A stretch of 55,638 nt of DNA, the filler included, from Catajapyx aquilonaris (lineage: Eukaryota), in assembly GCA_000934665.2 (NCBI GenBank). It is 3 parts of 3 records of this genome, joined end to end, with 100 filler letters (N's around TTAATTAATTAA, not from the genome) between each part and the next. Parts side by side here need not be neighbours in the genome. Positions count along the whole stretch, not along the records: positions 1 to 18,486 come from KZ539575.1; positions 18,587 to 37,070 come from JYFJ02006686.1; 1 more part is not named here. One strand, given 5' to 3'. The notes beneath the pieces were generated by a model that had not been told where the DNA came from, searched no databases, and saw nothing but the letters and a program-made list of their open reading frames with translations. The translations under genes and the position numbers were made by a program. Every line of letters begins with the position of its first letter. Position 1 is the stretch's first letter. Below, piece by piece: positions 14,501 to 29,600 of the stretch.

Positions 14501-14970
14501 TACATGCTGATGTCATCTCCCTCATGCAAGCAGGCAAGGAACCATGAATGCATACCTGCACTGCTCTTCTTCTGGTCATGATGCTTTTTCTTCCTCTCCT
14601 CCTCCGAACTCTGGACCTTCTCCGCCTGCACCTGCTGCTGTTGTGGTGCGGCATTAGTGGAGGAGGACGGGAGGATGATGAGGATCCCTGGAGTGGCAGG
14701 TGCAGATCCGGGTGTGGGCGTGGACGACGAGGGACTGGGACTCCTGCTGCTGGAGTTGGAGGAGGCCAGCAGTCCAGGCAGGTTCCTGTAGCTGTGCAGG
14801 TCCCTCTTCTCCAGCCCCTTCCTCTCCTCCTGTTGTTGCTGCTGGTCCTGCTGCTGTTGCTGCACCTCGCTGGAGGAGCCTGCCTCCGTGCTGACCACCT
14901 CCACCGCGTTGTCAGTGGCTGCGAAGGCCCCTCCAGCACCCTGGTCCGTGCTGGACACCTCCGACGCCAT
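5520..14970 (-). CDS. RSBN1: Round spermatid basic protein 1-like (RSBN1/RSBN1L, KDM9-type), ~1088 aa; exons 14970-14556, 10330-10194, 10113-8596, 7521-7245, 6907-6768, 6299-5520
   Basis: All junctions GT-AG and phase-consistent. Family motifs: [114 protein letters not shown]. In-frame TAG at 14989-14991 upstream of the ATG. Confidence 0.93.
11181..11910. mobile_element. Degenerate MITE/DNA-transposon relic in RSBN1 intron
   Basis: ttttggcactaagctgctta (11181) is inverted as taagcagcctagtgccaaaa (11891-11910). A similar end occurs near 34435. Confidence 0.45.
12980..13641 (+). mobile_element. 5'-truncated non-LTR retrotransposon (RTE-X-like) with 18-bp TSD
   Basis: ORF2 C-terminus with CCHC knuckle (CEWC..HIIYEC), A-rich tail 13620-13641, and perfect direct repeat atgatcaaggcagtttaa at 12962-12979 and 13642-13659. 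Confidence 0.88.
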
Positions 14971-15362
14971 GATGCCTGGCCTTAACAACTAGGGCGGCGG
15001 CAACCGGCCCTTTTCCTGGTTCGGGGGCGGGGGGCGGCCCCACCTCCCTTCTCGGGGGGATTCCTCCAGTACCTCTCTACCCTCCGAAGGAGTGTTGTGT
15101 GCGTAGGCCTCGTAGTATATTGGGCTGGCTGGTGGATACACGGGAAGCACCCTGCCTGACCCTCCTCTCTCGTAGCGCCCCCTGCGCTTGCCTGTGCCCA
15201 GCGACACCTACGTACGGGAAACGAACCCCCAGATACGAAAGGGCGGGGGAGGGGGGAGGGGTGGGGGTAAAGAGAGAGAGGGATAGGGGGGGGGGGGGCN
15301 NNNNNNNNNNNNNNNNNNNNNNNNNNNNNNNNNNNNNNNGTCTGGGGGAGGGGGGGGGGGTT

Positions 15363-15370
15363 TATCGATA
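15363..15370. promoter_or_regulatory. DRE motif (TATCGATA) with nearby CCAAT boxes in the RSBN1 5' region
   Basis: Exact TATCGATA, with ccaat/attgg motifs at ~15400-15470 in a CpG-rich stretch. Function inferred only. Confidence 0.3.
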
Positions 15371-16307
15371 CGGTACGTTGGTACGCCTGATCGGAATGAG
15401 CCAATCAGTGTGAGCGATGCTGCCTCTCATTGGCTGGCCGTGGTCATGTGACCAGCCAGGGTGCCAATGTGAGCGGTTGGTGCAACCGTACGGAACTTGG
15501 TACGGAACGTTGCAGGTTGCAGCATGTCGAATGGGCCGTTCAGTTCATACAACCGGCCTTACGTCAAATAATCGCAGTTCATTTAATTAGTATTGGGCTA
15601 AATCTACTACCTTTTAAATAGTATTTATGATCAGATAGGGTGCAAGTCGGACATGGCGCGTGGACGTATTGCGCTGGGTACCCGGATGTGTGTGCGGCGA
15701 CCGTGGGGGTAGTAACGGGCGTTTCGATTGGGTGGTTTTGGACCGCGCTGGGCCCTGATTGGTTCCGGTTGCGGATGGACACGGCTCCGGGGGCTTCTCA
15801 CTGGCCTTGTAGGAGACTGGGCGCAAAAGGGGAGAAATGTAGCTGCTTATTACAAGGCTAGTATAGCTACTCGTGGAGATATTAGCTTAGGGCTGATATA
15901 GGAAGCTTTGGTGAGTTAGTTGCTTACGACATTAGGCTGGCAGGTGCACTCAACATCTGTCATCTTTCACTCAAAAGGACTTGCAGAAGTTACGTTATGA
16001 GTATACAATGGGCCAAAAAACTACAATCTCACGCGTCAACATTTTCAATAAGAACAGTACACGATTAAACCCATTAAACCCATAACAATAAGTCATTCGT
16101 AATGTATACGCGTACCACTGCCCTTCGCATATAACATGGATAGATATAGTGCGTCGCCCCCCCTCTCACCACACTCTTGCCACTGTCAGGGTCATGCGAG
16201 GGGTACTGCTGGTACTGTACTACGTAGTGGTGGTAGGCGAGTTGAGGTGATGACTCACCCCGGACAACCAGACAAACATATTAGTATAGTCAGTATGGTC
16301 CCGTATA

Positions 16308-16560
16308 GGGCGACACGGTGGCCGAGTGGTTAGCGCCGCAGCCTTCCACCTGTAAGGTCCCGTGTTCGATCCCCGGGTCGGACGGAGGATACTTATGTGG
16401 ATAGAGTTTCGATGGGTTCTCTCCGTGTTCGCGTGGGTTTTCTCGGGGTTCTCCTGTTTCCTCCCACTATCAAAATCCATCACATTACAGGCAAATGATT
16501 AAAGTCGGTTATTCAAAAGATGATCCCCTAAGAGGCCCAAGGGACCTATCACGGGGTATC

Positions 16561-16620
<60 letters not shown>
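16308..16620 (+). mobile_element. tRNA-derived SINE with V-SINE-like core, (ATT)n tail and 16-bp TSD
   Basis: A box tggccgagtgg, B box gttcgatccc, core ttctctccgtgttcgcgtgggttttctcggggttctcctgtttcctcccac, ~20 ATT units. TSD agtatggtcccgtata at 16292-16307 and 16621-16636. Confidence 0.9.
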
Positions 16621-16621
<1 letters not shown>

Positions 16622-16981
16622 GTATGGTCCCGTATACAGCACTGCGTGGACAGCTTGGTGGCGCTGGCGGCGGATTAGCTGAGATGGTGACTCACCCCGG
16701 ACAAAGGAACATAATTATACTGATCATCAATTTTGCCAACTTTTGGGAGCTGATCTTTACAACCCGACGAAGTGGCGGGAGACGGGGTCGCGCGGAGGGG
16801 CAGTTCAGAAATCTCGTTGGAATGGGTGATGTGGGTGTTTCCATGTTTCTGTATGGTTTTTTTTGGACCTCGGTACTGTCAGTCACTCTTTGTGGCCCCG
16901 CCAGGTCAGGTCCGTCCATTCGCATGATAATTTTACTTAATTGCGGAGTTGGGCGCCTATTGTAGATTATGTAACATTGTA

Positions 16982-18486
16982 ACTAGTGGGGGTTTCTCTG
17001 ACTGGTTTAACATTAGTGTTGGGGTTAAGCAGGGTTGTGTCATGTCTCCCTGGTTATTTAACTTATACTTACAAGCAAAGTAACTTTTCTTACCCTCGTG
17101 GATTTTGATAATTTTTATAAATTAAATTCTGCTTGGCCTGTAGTGTTGGGAAAACATCACCTCAGCTGCTAAATTCCACGTTAGCAGGGTGAAAATCCAG
17201 CCTAAAGGCGATGTTCCGTAAGCCACAACACCAGCGTTCGGTCGCGAGGCGCTTTCCAGGCTGCCCGGTCACGCTCGTCCCGGCTGCCCGGTCGCGGTCG
17301 GCTTTCATCACCGCGTCTGCAGCTCTCTCCGGTGCCACTAAGGAGAAGGGTCATCTCGCACGCTTTGCAGTCGAAGGCGATTATAATAATGGAGAGCCAG
17401 GACAGGGGGCACAATACTACATAAGAGGCCATAACATTCGATTCGCCTGTCTCTGTTTGATGGGGCCAACGGTGGCGGCCATTTTGAAGAGAGGCCAACG
17501 AGGTGTAAATAGGGTACAGGCAGGCCAAAGGTCTGCCATCTTTGATGGTTTTGGCGGCTGAATTTGAATATTTTTGCCGTATGAGCTCCTTTAATGCACT
17601 TTTCTACGTATTAATTCCGTAAGTACGGCAGAAATATTCAAATTCGCCCGTGTTCTTGCCGTGAAGTGCCATGGCCGCCGCCAAAACAATCAAAGATGGC
17701 GAAGCTTTGGCCTGCCTGTACCCTATTTACACCTCGTTGGCATCTCTTCAAAATGGCCGCCACCGTTGGCCCAATGTTGACCCCATGGTTGGCCCCATCA
17801 GAGACAGGCGAATCGAATGTTTGCGCCTCTTATGTAGTATTATGCCCCCTGTCCTGGCTCTCCATTATTATAATCGCCTTCGACTGCAAAGCGTGCGAGA
17901 TGACCCTTCTCCTTCGTGGCACCGGAGAGAGCTACAGACGCGGTGAAAGGCGACCGCGACCGGGCAGCCGGGACGAGCGTGACCGGGCAGCCTGGAAAGC
18001 GCCTCGCGACCGAACGCTGGTGTTGTGGCTTACGGAACATCGCCTTTAGGCTGGATTTTCACCCTGCTAACGTGGAATTTAGCAGCTGAGGTGATGTTTT
18101 CCCAACACTACAGGCCAAGCAGAATTTAATTTATAAAAATTATCAAAATCCACGAGGGTAAGAAAAGTTACTTTGCTTGTTAGATGCGTGTGTAAGGGAA
18201 GCTATGGTTGAAGGTGTAGGAGTGCATCAGTTTGGTGATGAGTTAGTTAGTCACTTGCTGTATGCAGATGATTCTGCCCTTATGGCGGAGAGTGAGGCTG
18301 ATTTACAGTTGATCCTAGGCACGTTAGATAATGTTTGTGAAAAGAGGGGTATGAGGATGAACGTAGATAAGACTAAGGTATTGGTATTCGAGAGGGGACA
18401 GCAGGTTTCTCCTTGTACGTTGCAGGTACGAGGAAAACTGGTTGAGCAGGTCAGCCAGTTTGTATACCTGGGTAGTGTCCTTGAGA
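16982..18486 (+). mobile_element. RTE/BovB-type LINE reverse-transcriptase fragment, split by a foldback insertion and cut by the contig end
   Basis: 16982-17071 reads SDWFNISVGVKQGCVMSPWLFNLYL. It resumes in frame at 18183 as DACVRE..HLLYADD..MNVDKTKV..FVYLGS (QG/SP and YADD RT motifs). Confidence 0.9.
17072..18179. mobile_element. Foldback-type non-autonomous DNA transposon, ~490-bp TIRs, TTA TSD
   Basis: Ends caagcaaagtaacttttc...gaaaagttactttgcttg, arms nearly identical. TTA at 17069-17071 and 18180-18182. Removing element plus one TTA restores the RT frame (YL|DA). Confidence 0.9.
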
Positions 18487-18586
18487 NNNNNNNNNNNNNN
18501 NNNNNNNNNNNNNNNNNNNNNNNNNNNNNNTTAATTAATTAANNNNNNNNNNNNNNNNNNNNNNNNNNNNNNNNNNNNNNNNNNNN
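18487..18586. other. Artificial contig-join spacer N44-TTAATTAATTAA-N44
   Basis: Exactly 100 bp with a six-frame stop linker, identical to 37071-37170. Confidence 0.95.
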
Positions 18587-19177
18587 GCCAAGGACGGGGG
18601 TGTGGGTGGGACGGGGTGGGAGTGGGGGGGCAACGGGCGCAGTGTTGCCGCTCTGTTCTTCTCTCGTTCTGTCCGCTCTGTCTGTGTCCTTAGGGTCTCG
18701 TTTCGTGCAGCCTCACGTCCACAAAAACAGTCCCAACGCACCCAAAAATCGTCAGCAGAGACATAGACAGTGGGCCTGTGGATCTACAAGCTCCTTTTTT
18801 GAATTTCGTCCTCCGACTCGACGCCCCTGTGGCAAATGCGTTTCCCATCCCAGATGCGGTGTTTGTGGGCCGATCCGGACCGGACCAAGACCGGAGGCAA
18901 CCCCGGTCATCCCTCCGTGCAACGCAAAAAACCGCATGTCCGTACCTCCCATAGGAGCGAGGATATGTCGAACGAAGACGATGAATCCGCACCCGTTTTT
19001 CTCCTCGCTTTGCCTGAAAAGTGGCGCGGTCGCCAGGTACCCGGCCCTCTTAAGGGGGCGCATTAGTAAAAAAATACGGTAACAATCGGTAACAATGCGA
19101 GCACTTGGCGACTACGTAAACAAACTCGCGTATGCATGGACAGCATATGGGGATTCGGTCGCCCGGACTGCCCACCC

Positions 19178-19792
19178 CTAAGGCCGGCTCTGAGCGACCA
19201 TAAAGAGTTTTTTGGGGTTACTCCTTAAAATGCCCCCAAATATCCACTGTCCTTCGACGATTCTACCCCTGTTATATTTTCGTTTACCAAACTTAGCCTC
19301 ATCGATTTCGACGACTTCTCCTACCCCTTCTAGTTTTCCGTCATGTTTCATTACCCAGTAAACTAAGACTTCCCTACAGAAAGAGCACCAATCGACCACA
19401 GTATGTGTACTGATTTCTAGATCCTGTTCTAAAAACGTCTGACGTGGGGGGTCACGGGTAAGCCACATGTAAACTAGAGTACTTATAGTAGCCACGGGTA
19501 AATTAGATTTATGGAAAAAAGAATTTGTTCTTGCAGATCGAAAAAACCTATGACGCCTCCTCTTAGCACCCTCGCCTACATATTTTTGACATCTAAATGC
19601 AAGGTCATTAGTATTTATGATGCACACATGACTACATACCTCACACGGCAATGTGGGCCTTAAGACACCGTGGTTATATAAGACTTCAAGTAATTTTTCT
19701 CGTTCCGTCATTAACGGGTAAAAACGCAGGGATGGCCATACACAACCCGTACACAGGAGTAACCCCTCACTCTCCATCTTAGAATGTGACAC
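19178..19792 (-). mobile_element. Merlin (IS1016/IS1595, ISXO2-like) DDE transposase, C-terminally truncated
   Basis: N-terminal Cys zinc ribbon (CEVC..FRC), SARTNSFF, TVVDWCSFCREV and the signature VVEIDEAKFGKRKYNRGRIVEGQWIFGG. Breaks off after LFMV. Confidence 0.88.
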
Positions 19793-20514
19793 ATCCTAAC
19801 TCTCAGTATCCCCCTCGACCAGAATATCGGCTATCGACTGACTGACCTATCGAAAAGCATATTGAGTTCTCCATCTAGCGGACTAATCGCCACCTAAATT
19901 TGGCGACTCCGTAACAGAAGTAACCATTTCCACCACTCGTTTTTCACGATTGACTGATTAGCCAAAGTGATTTTGTCGTAGGCTAGCGATCGAAAGAAGT
20001 GGGTTCGAATCCCCCCCCGGCGCAGGTAAAATGTAGGATTACGAAGTAGGTAGGGTAGGCAATGAGAGAGATTAACAATTAAACCAAGAGTCGCAACTCC
20101 GATAGTAGGTAAAAGAAAAGGAAAAATAGGAGAATAGTCAAGGATAACTATTCCCTGTTTATTAAAGTTTCCTTTTTATTCCGCGCCGATTTCAGATATC
20201 GATATTTCCTAATCTCATCACTCCAGTTACAATTCCGATATTCCCAGGACCAGCTACACTGCACAATTACCAACTATTCTAACAGTGGAACATGTACATT
20301 GAATATATTGATAATTATGTTCAGAGCTGTGCTGAAAATTGCTTGTCTTGTGCACTTTGCCATTATATCCCAACTTGAGGAGGTTAAACTTCACTAGAAA
20401 AACTAAAGCATTTTGCTTCTTGATTTCCCTTAAGGATTTTATCATGATAATCCATCTTGTATGCTACTTATAAAAATGTAATCAAACAAAAATACAAATT
20501 CCTGAGTACAGAAC

Positions 20515-21111
20515 CCTGCATTAATGACTATGCACAGACATCGCCACCTTGGCAGGAACGAGCGGAACTAGGCGTGGGCGGGCTGCATCCAAAATACTTG
20601 GGACAGCTCAAGACTGCTCACAAGACCTCTCTAGATGGCTCAAGATATCGTGATGGATTCAAACGCTTGCTACAAAGATGGATCATAGATATATCATAGA
20701 TATAGCATATGTATCTATCTATACCCTATGGGATGGATTATAAAACCATTGCGATTCCTCTAAATACACTGAACTTGTGAATCAGTTATTACATGGAGTA
20801 CACTAATGTAAAGTTTACACACGCTCCAAAAGTCCCGCTACGCAGCCGCACATTAACAGGAGATAACCATAACATTAACAGGCATTCAGGTGGTCTGTGT
20901 AATAACTGGTTCACAACCTCAATAGATTGATAGGAATCACAATGGTATTATAATTCATCCCACAGATATATCTGTGATCCATCTTCGTATCAAGCCTCTG
21001 AATCCACTGCGATATCTTGTGCTGTCCAAGTATTTTGGACGCAGCCCGCCCCCACCTAGTTCTGCTCTTTCCCGCCAGGTGGTGATGTCTGTGCATAGCC
21101 ATTAATGCAGG
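20515..21111. mobile_element. MITE with ~150-180-bp degenerate TIRs
   Basis: cctgcattaatgactatgcacagacatcgccacc.. is inverted as ..ggtggtgatgtctgtgcatagccattaatgcagg. Confidence 0.75.
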
Positions 21112-21155
21112 ATAGTGTACACCAACCTAAAAGACACTAGAAGTTGATTTAATTA

Positions 21156-25879
<4,724 letters not shown>

Positions 25880-26601
25880 GATGAACACGAACTTTCAGGC
25901 GGGTGAAAGAGCGCCCAAGGGACACTGCATCAATCGTGATACCGACCACGCTAGAAACTCTCGACAACACCGCAAATTTAGCTAAAAACAGGCTTTTCCC
26001 CTCCTACCTGTGGCAAGTCACCGTGCAGAGACGGTTCATAACGCTCTGGAAAAGGATGATATTGACTGTCGCACCACGTGGTGGTTCAAAGCTAAATTAT
26101 TTCTGAATGCGTCTGGCAACATGCGACTATGCTGCCATCTGTAGCGGCTGTAGCAGAAGTTTGGTCGGACGATACCAACGAGGGACGATACGTCATGGCA
26201 GTAAGGAGAGCAGTGCCTACTACCCAAGTACTATTACCACTTTGTTCACATATATTAATTAATTAATATAATATTATTGCGCAATTGATAAAGTTATTTT
26301 AAATGTTGAAACTGATTATTTTGTGGTTAAAGAGCATGTCTGATACAGAAGCGGTTATCTGAGACCGTGACAGTTGGTGTCGTAACTAGCCGTTGGCGCC
26401 ATCAGAAGCGTCAGTCTTTGAAAAGTGGTCGGTTGAGATTGTTGTTCGGTGCATGATTTTCCCATCAGAACTTGGGTACTGGCGTCAGTATCAACAATTT
26501 AAGACTAGTGACGGCAGTACCCAATTGGTTGGGGATGTGATAAGGTATGAACAACTGGTCAAAAATGTTACTTATATTAGGCATCTTCTCCCCGTTAGAC
26601 A
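25880..26601. promoter_or_regulatory. Bidirectional promoter region between NSUN2 and the RhoGEF
   Basis: Divergent ATGs 722 bp apart, CpG-rich. Inr-like TCAGTC at 26411. Probable 5'UTR intron ending ttctccccgttag at 26598. Confidence 0.6.
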
Positions 26602-29600
26602 ATGTCGGACCTCTTGGAGAATATTTTCACGAAGTCGAGGACTCCAGGGACACCGTATGAGACACCTCCACGTTTACCAGGGTTGGTGGATGAAATCCAA
26701 GAGGCAATGAAGAGCTGGAACATTCTCACTACCAAATCACGTATGAAAGGTAGGTAGAAAAGGTGCTTTGCATGTGTAACAATGCCCAAGTAATACACTA
26801 AGTCGTAAGACGTAAATGTTGAATACATTTTAATGGGCATATTTGAACAGTTTTGACAGCTTTGGAGAAGGCAAGTGTGGCTAACAGGGAAGCAAACGAA
26901 ACAGAGCGTCAAGAACGAGCACTTCAGAAAGTTCTGGATGAAATTGTTGCTTCAGAAAAATCATATTTGCATCAGTTGGAGATCCTGGATGAGGTTGGTG
27001 TAAATTGAAACACAAGCAGGATTTAAGTGGTTTTGCTAATACGTTTTTATCAGTTTTTTGTGAAGCCAATTGAAGAGAAACAACTTCTGCCCAAGAATGT
27101 CTTCTCGGCCGTGTTTGGCAGCCTGCAGTCTATATATAAAGTTAACCGCCAATTTCTGGATGACCTGCTTGCCCATCCATCTCAAACAGGAAAAGTATTC
27201 TTGGATTATGCACCCTACTTGAAGCTGTATTCAACCTATGCGAATGAGTACTTGGAAGCATCTACAATGCTGGAGGTAAGTGATGTCCATCTAGTAAGTA
27301 AGTAAGTAAGTAAATTTGTTTATTCCCATTTGGAGCCCTAAGGCCCCGAGTATAGGAAGGAGCCGTTACATAGATAATTTAACATCGACCCTCGTACCCT
27401 TATAGCTCTATATCAAAAAACCTCAATACCTTAACGAAACATGAAAAAAATTTATACAATGCAAAGGCATCTGCCGTATCAAAATTGAACCATATCTGCA
27501 ACATCTTGTCAGGTGGAACTTTCGGCATCATACCAATATATTTCTCCTTTGAAACATCAGAAACTGACAGTTGTAAACTACGTGGTGTATACTCCATTTC
27601 TCCCTCACGTTACACAAGCTACAGTATTCCGCTTCATCCGCGGAAACTAACGTAATCTTATACCCCTCAATCCAAAGTTGGGGGGAAGAGTTTCTCAGGT
27701 TTGCTACTAATCTAATAACCTTGAGGGGTAGTGTGATGTCCATCTATAATTTGTGGTATAACAAAAGAAGACAGTCATGTATTTATCGTATTACCTCTTA
27801 TAAAGCAGCATGCCGGTGTAGTCGAGGTCGACCAGTGTTTAGAAATGCATGATCTGGTGGCTATACCGGCATGCCGGTGTAAGGCGAGGTTTTCACGTAA
27901 GTACCATTATCCTTTCCGAACTTGACACTTGCCTGAATTGCAGTGTCTGGCAATAATCTCTATTTAACCCTTATAAGACGGCCGTGACATATAATTATGT
28001 CACGGCAACTGTGAAAAATTCTGCTGGCACAACTATTGCACTTTCCGACCATGTAACGTGGTTTCTGAGTAGCTTGCACATTTGTCCGTCACGAAAAAAA
28101 AGTCTCAATTTTTCTTTTCCCCACGGTATATTGCAATATGGTTGAAACTTGATGTTTGGCGTTATGGAATACATACCGATCTGTGATTTTCTTCAGCAAA
28201 ATGTGGGATGGTCTAGCAACATTGTGACCCGCTTATTCTGAACCCTGTAAAAGAGCCACTCAATTCGACAAAAGATTTTCACATGTAGCCTACCAAGGTT
28301 CAGTTATACAGGGTGCTCAAAAACTCGCGGAAAGTGGCCACGTATCCTGATAGGACTTGCAAAACTAATATAGGGATGTGGAAGTAGTTATGGGCTAACT
28401 TGCATAGTTTTTGCGCACGACGCCTTTAAGATTTCGGGAGTTTCATGACGTCACATCCGCCTTGAGGCCCCCATTGCATCATCATACATGTTGTTGTGGC
28501 TGTTGCCATTGGCACTGATTATTGTTGCGAATATTGTCAACTGTGATTGTTGAGAAATAAACAACGATTTCAGCTTGTATCTGTGGCCAGTCAATCAATC
28601 AATATCAATCAATCAATATTTTTATTTTACCTCCCTGCAGTATCTGTGGCCAGTTGACACCTCAATTGCCAGACTGAAATCGTTGTTTATTTCTCAACAA
28701 TCACAGTTGACAATATTCGCAACAATAATCAGTGCCAATGGCAACAGCCACAACAACATGTATGATGATGCAATGGGGGCCTCAAGGCGGATGTGACGTC
28801 ATGAAACTCCCGAAATCTTAAAGGCGTCGTACGCAAAAACTATGCAAGTTAGCCCAAAACTACTTCCACATCCCTATATTAGTTTTGAGAATCCTATCAG
28901 GCTACGTGGCCACTTTCCGCGAGTTTTTGAGCACCCTGTATACAACAAGAGTACATTGAATATCATCTGCTGGGACCAAGCAAAATTGTGTATTGGGCAA
29001 GGTTCTTCTGTCTTATTGGAGTACAACTAAATACAGTAAAACTTCTATAAGTTAAACTTCCCTAAGTCGAAGAAAATTATGAGCTTGGTTGGTCATAATG
29101 TAAAATGATAGGAAATAAACTCCCCTAACTCGAATTTCTCCATAACTCTAAGTGTTGACAGGGCCTTACGCTGGAATATCAATGCATTTTCAGTTTTCCT
29201 AAGTCGAAGTTCATGTTGGCGAGTACAGAAAATTTTCTCATTTCCCAGCCGAAAGGTCGAGAGTAGGACACATGTACAGAAGGGCCCAATTTCCTGATCT
29301 CCGTCTACCAGACAATACCGAAAGAAGTGTTTGACTTGATTGTGACAATTGAATCCTTGAATCTAAGAGTAGGCAAATGTCCATAACAAAGTTTTTTTTA
29401 CAACAAAACAATGATGAACATTGTAAGTGTGATAGTGACAGTTATTCTTAAGTTTTGAACACCTTTCGTCGCTGGATATAAAGATAGGCTTCCTTATGGA
29501 GTTCTGTGCTTTAAAAATTGCAAACTTCTCTAACTCGAATCTTCTATAAATATAAGTTTTTTCCCGGTCCCATGGAGATTCGACTTATAGAAGTTTTATT

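Noticed and set aside
14989..15207. In-frame upstream ORF or stop-codon readthrough extension of RSBN1
   Set aside because: Starts at GTG right at a splice acceptor and the TAG context is not a readthrough motif. Most likely GC-rich 5'UTR.
17202..18049. Paired ~110-127-aa ORFs on both strands
   Set aside because: Mirror products of the palindromic arms, with no protein motif.
18486..19200. Composite RT plus DDE transposase element
   Set aside because: The two parts lie on different contigs separated by the artificial spacer.
19178..19792. Bacterial IS1595 contamination or recent horizontal transfer
   Set aside because: The KRKYNRGR..WIFGG signature and its setting among eukaryotic repeats fit endogenous Merlin.
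20254..20281. Next NSUN2 exon (ag|A ATA GTT..) implying a truncated pseudogene
   Set aside because: Translates to GIVGNCAV* with no NSUN2 similarity. The contig ends 1.7 kb further on, so missing exons are more simply off-contig.
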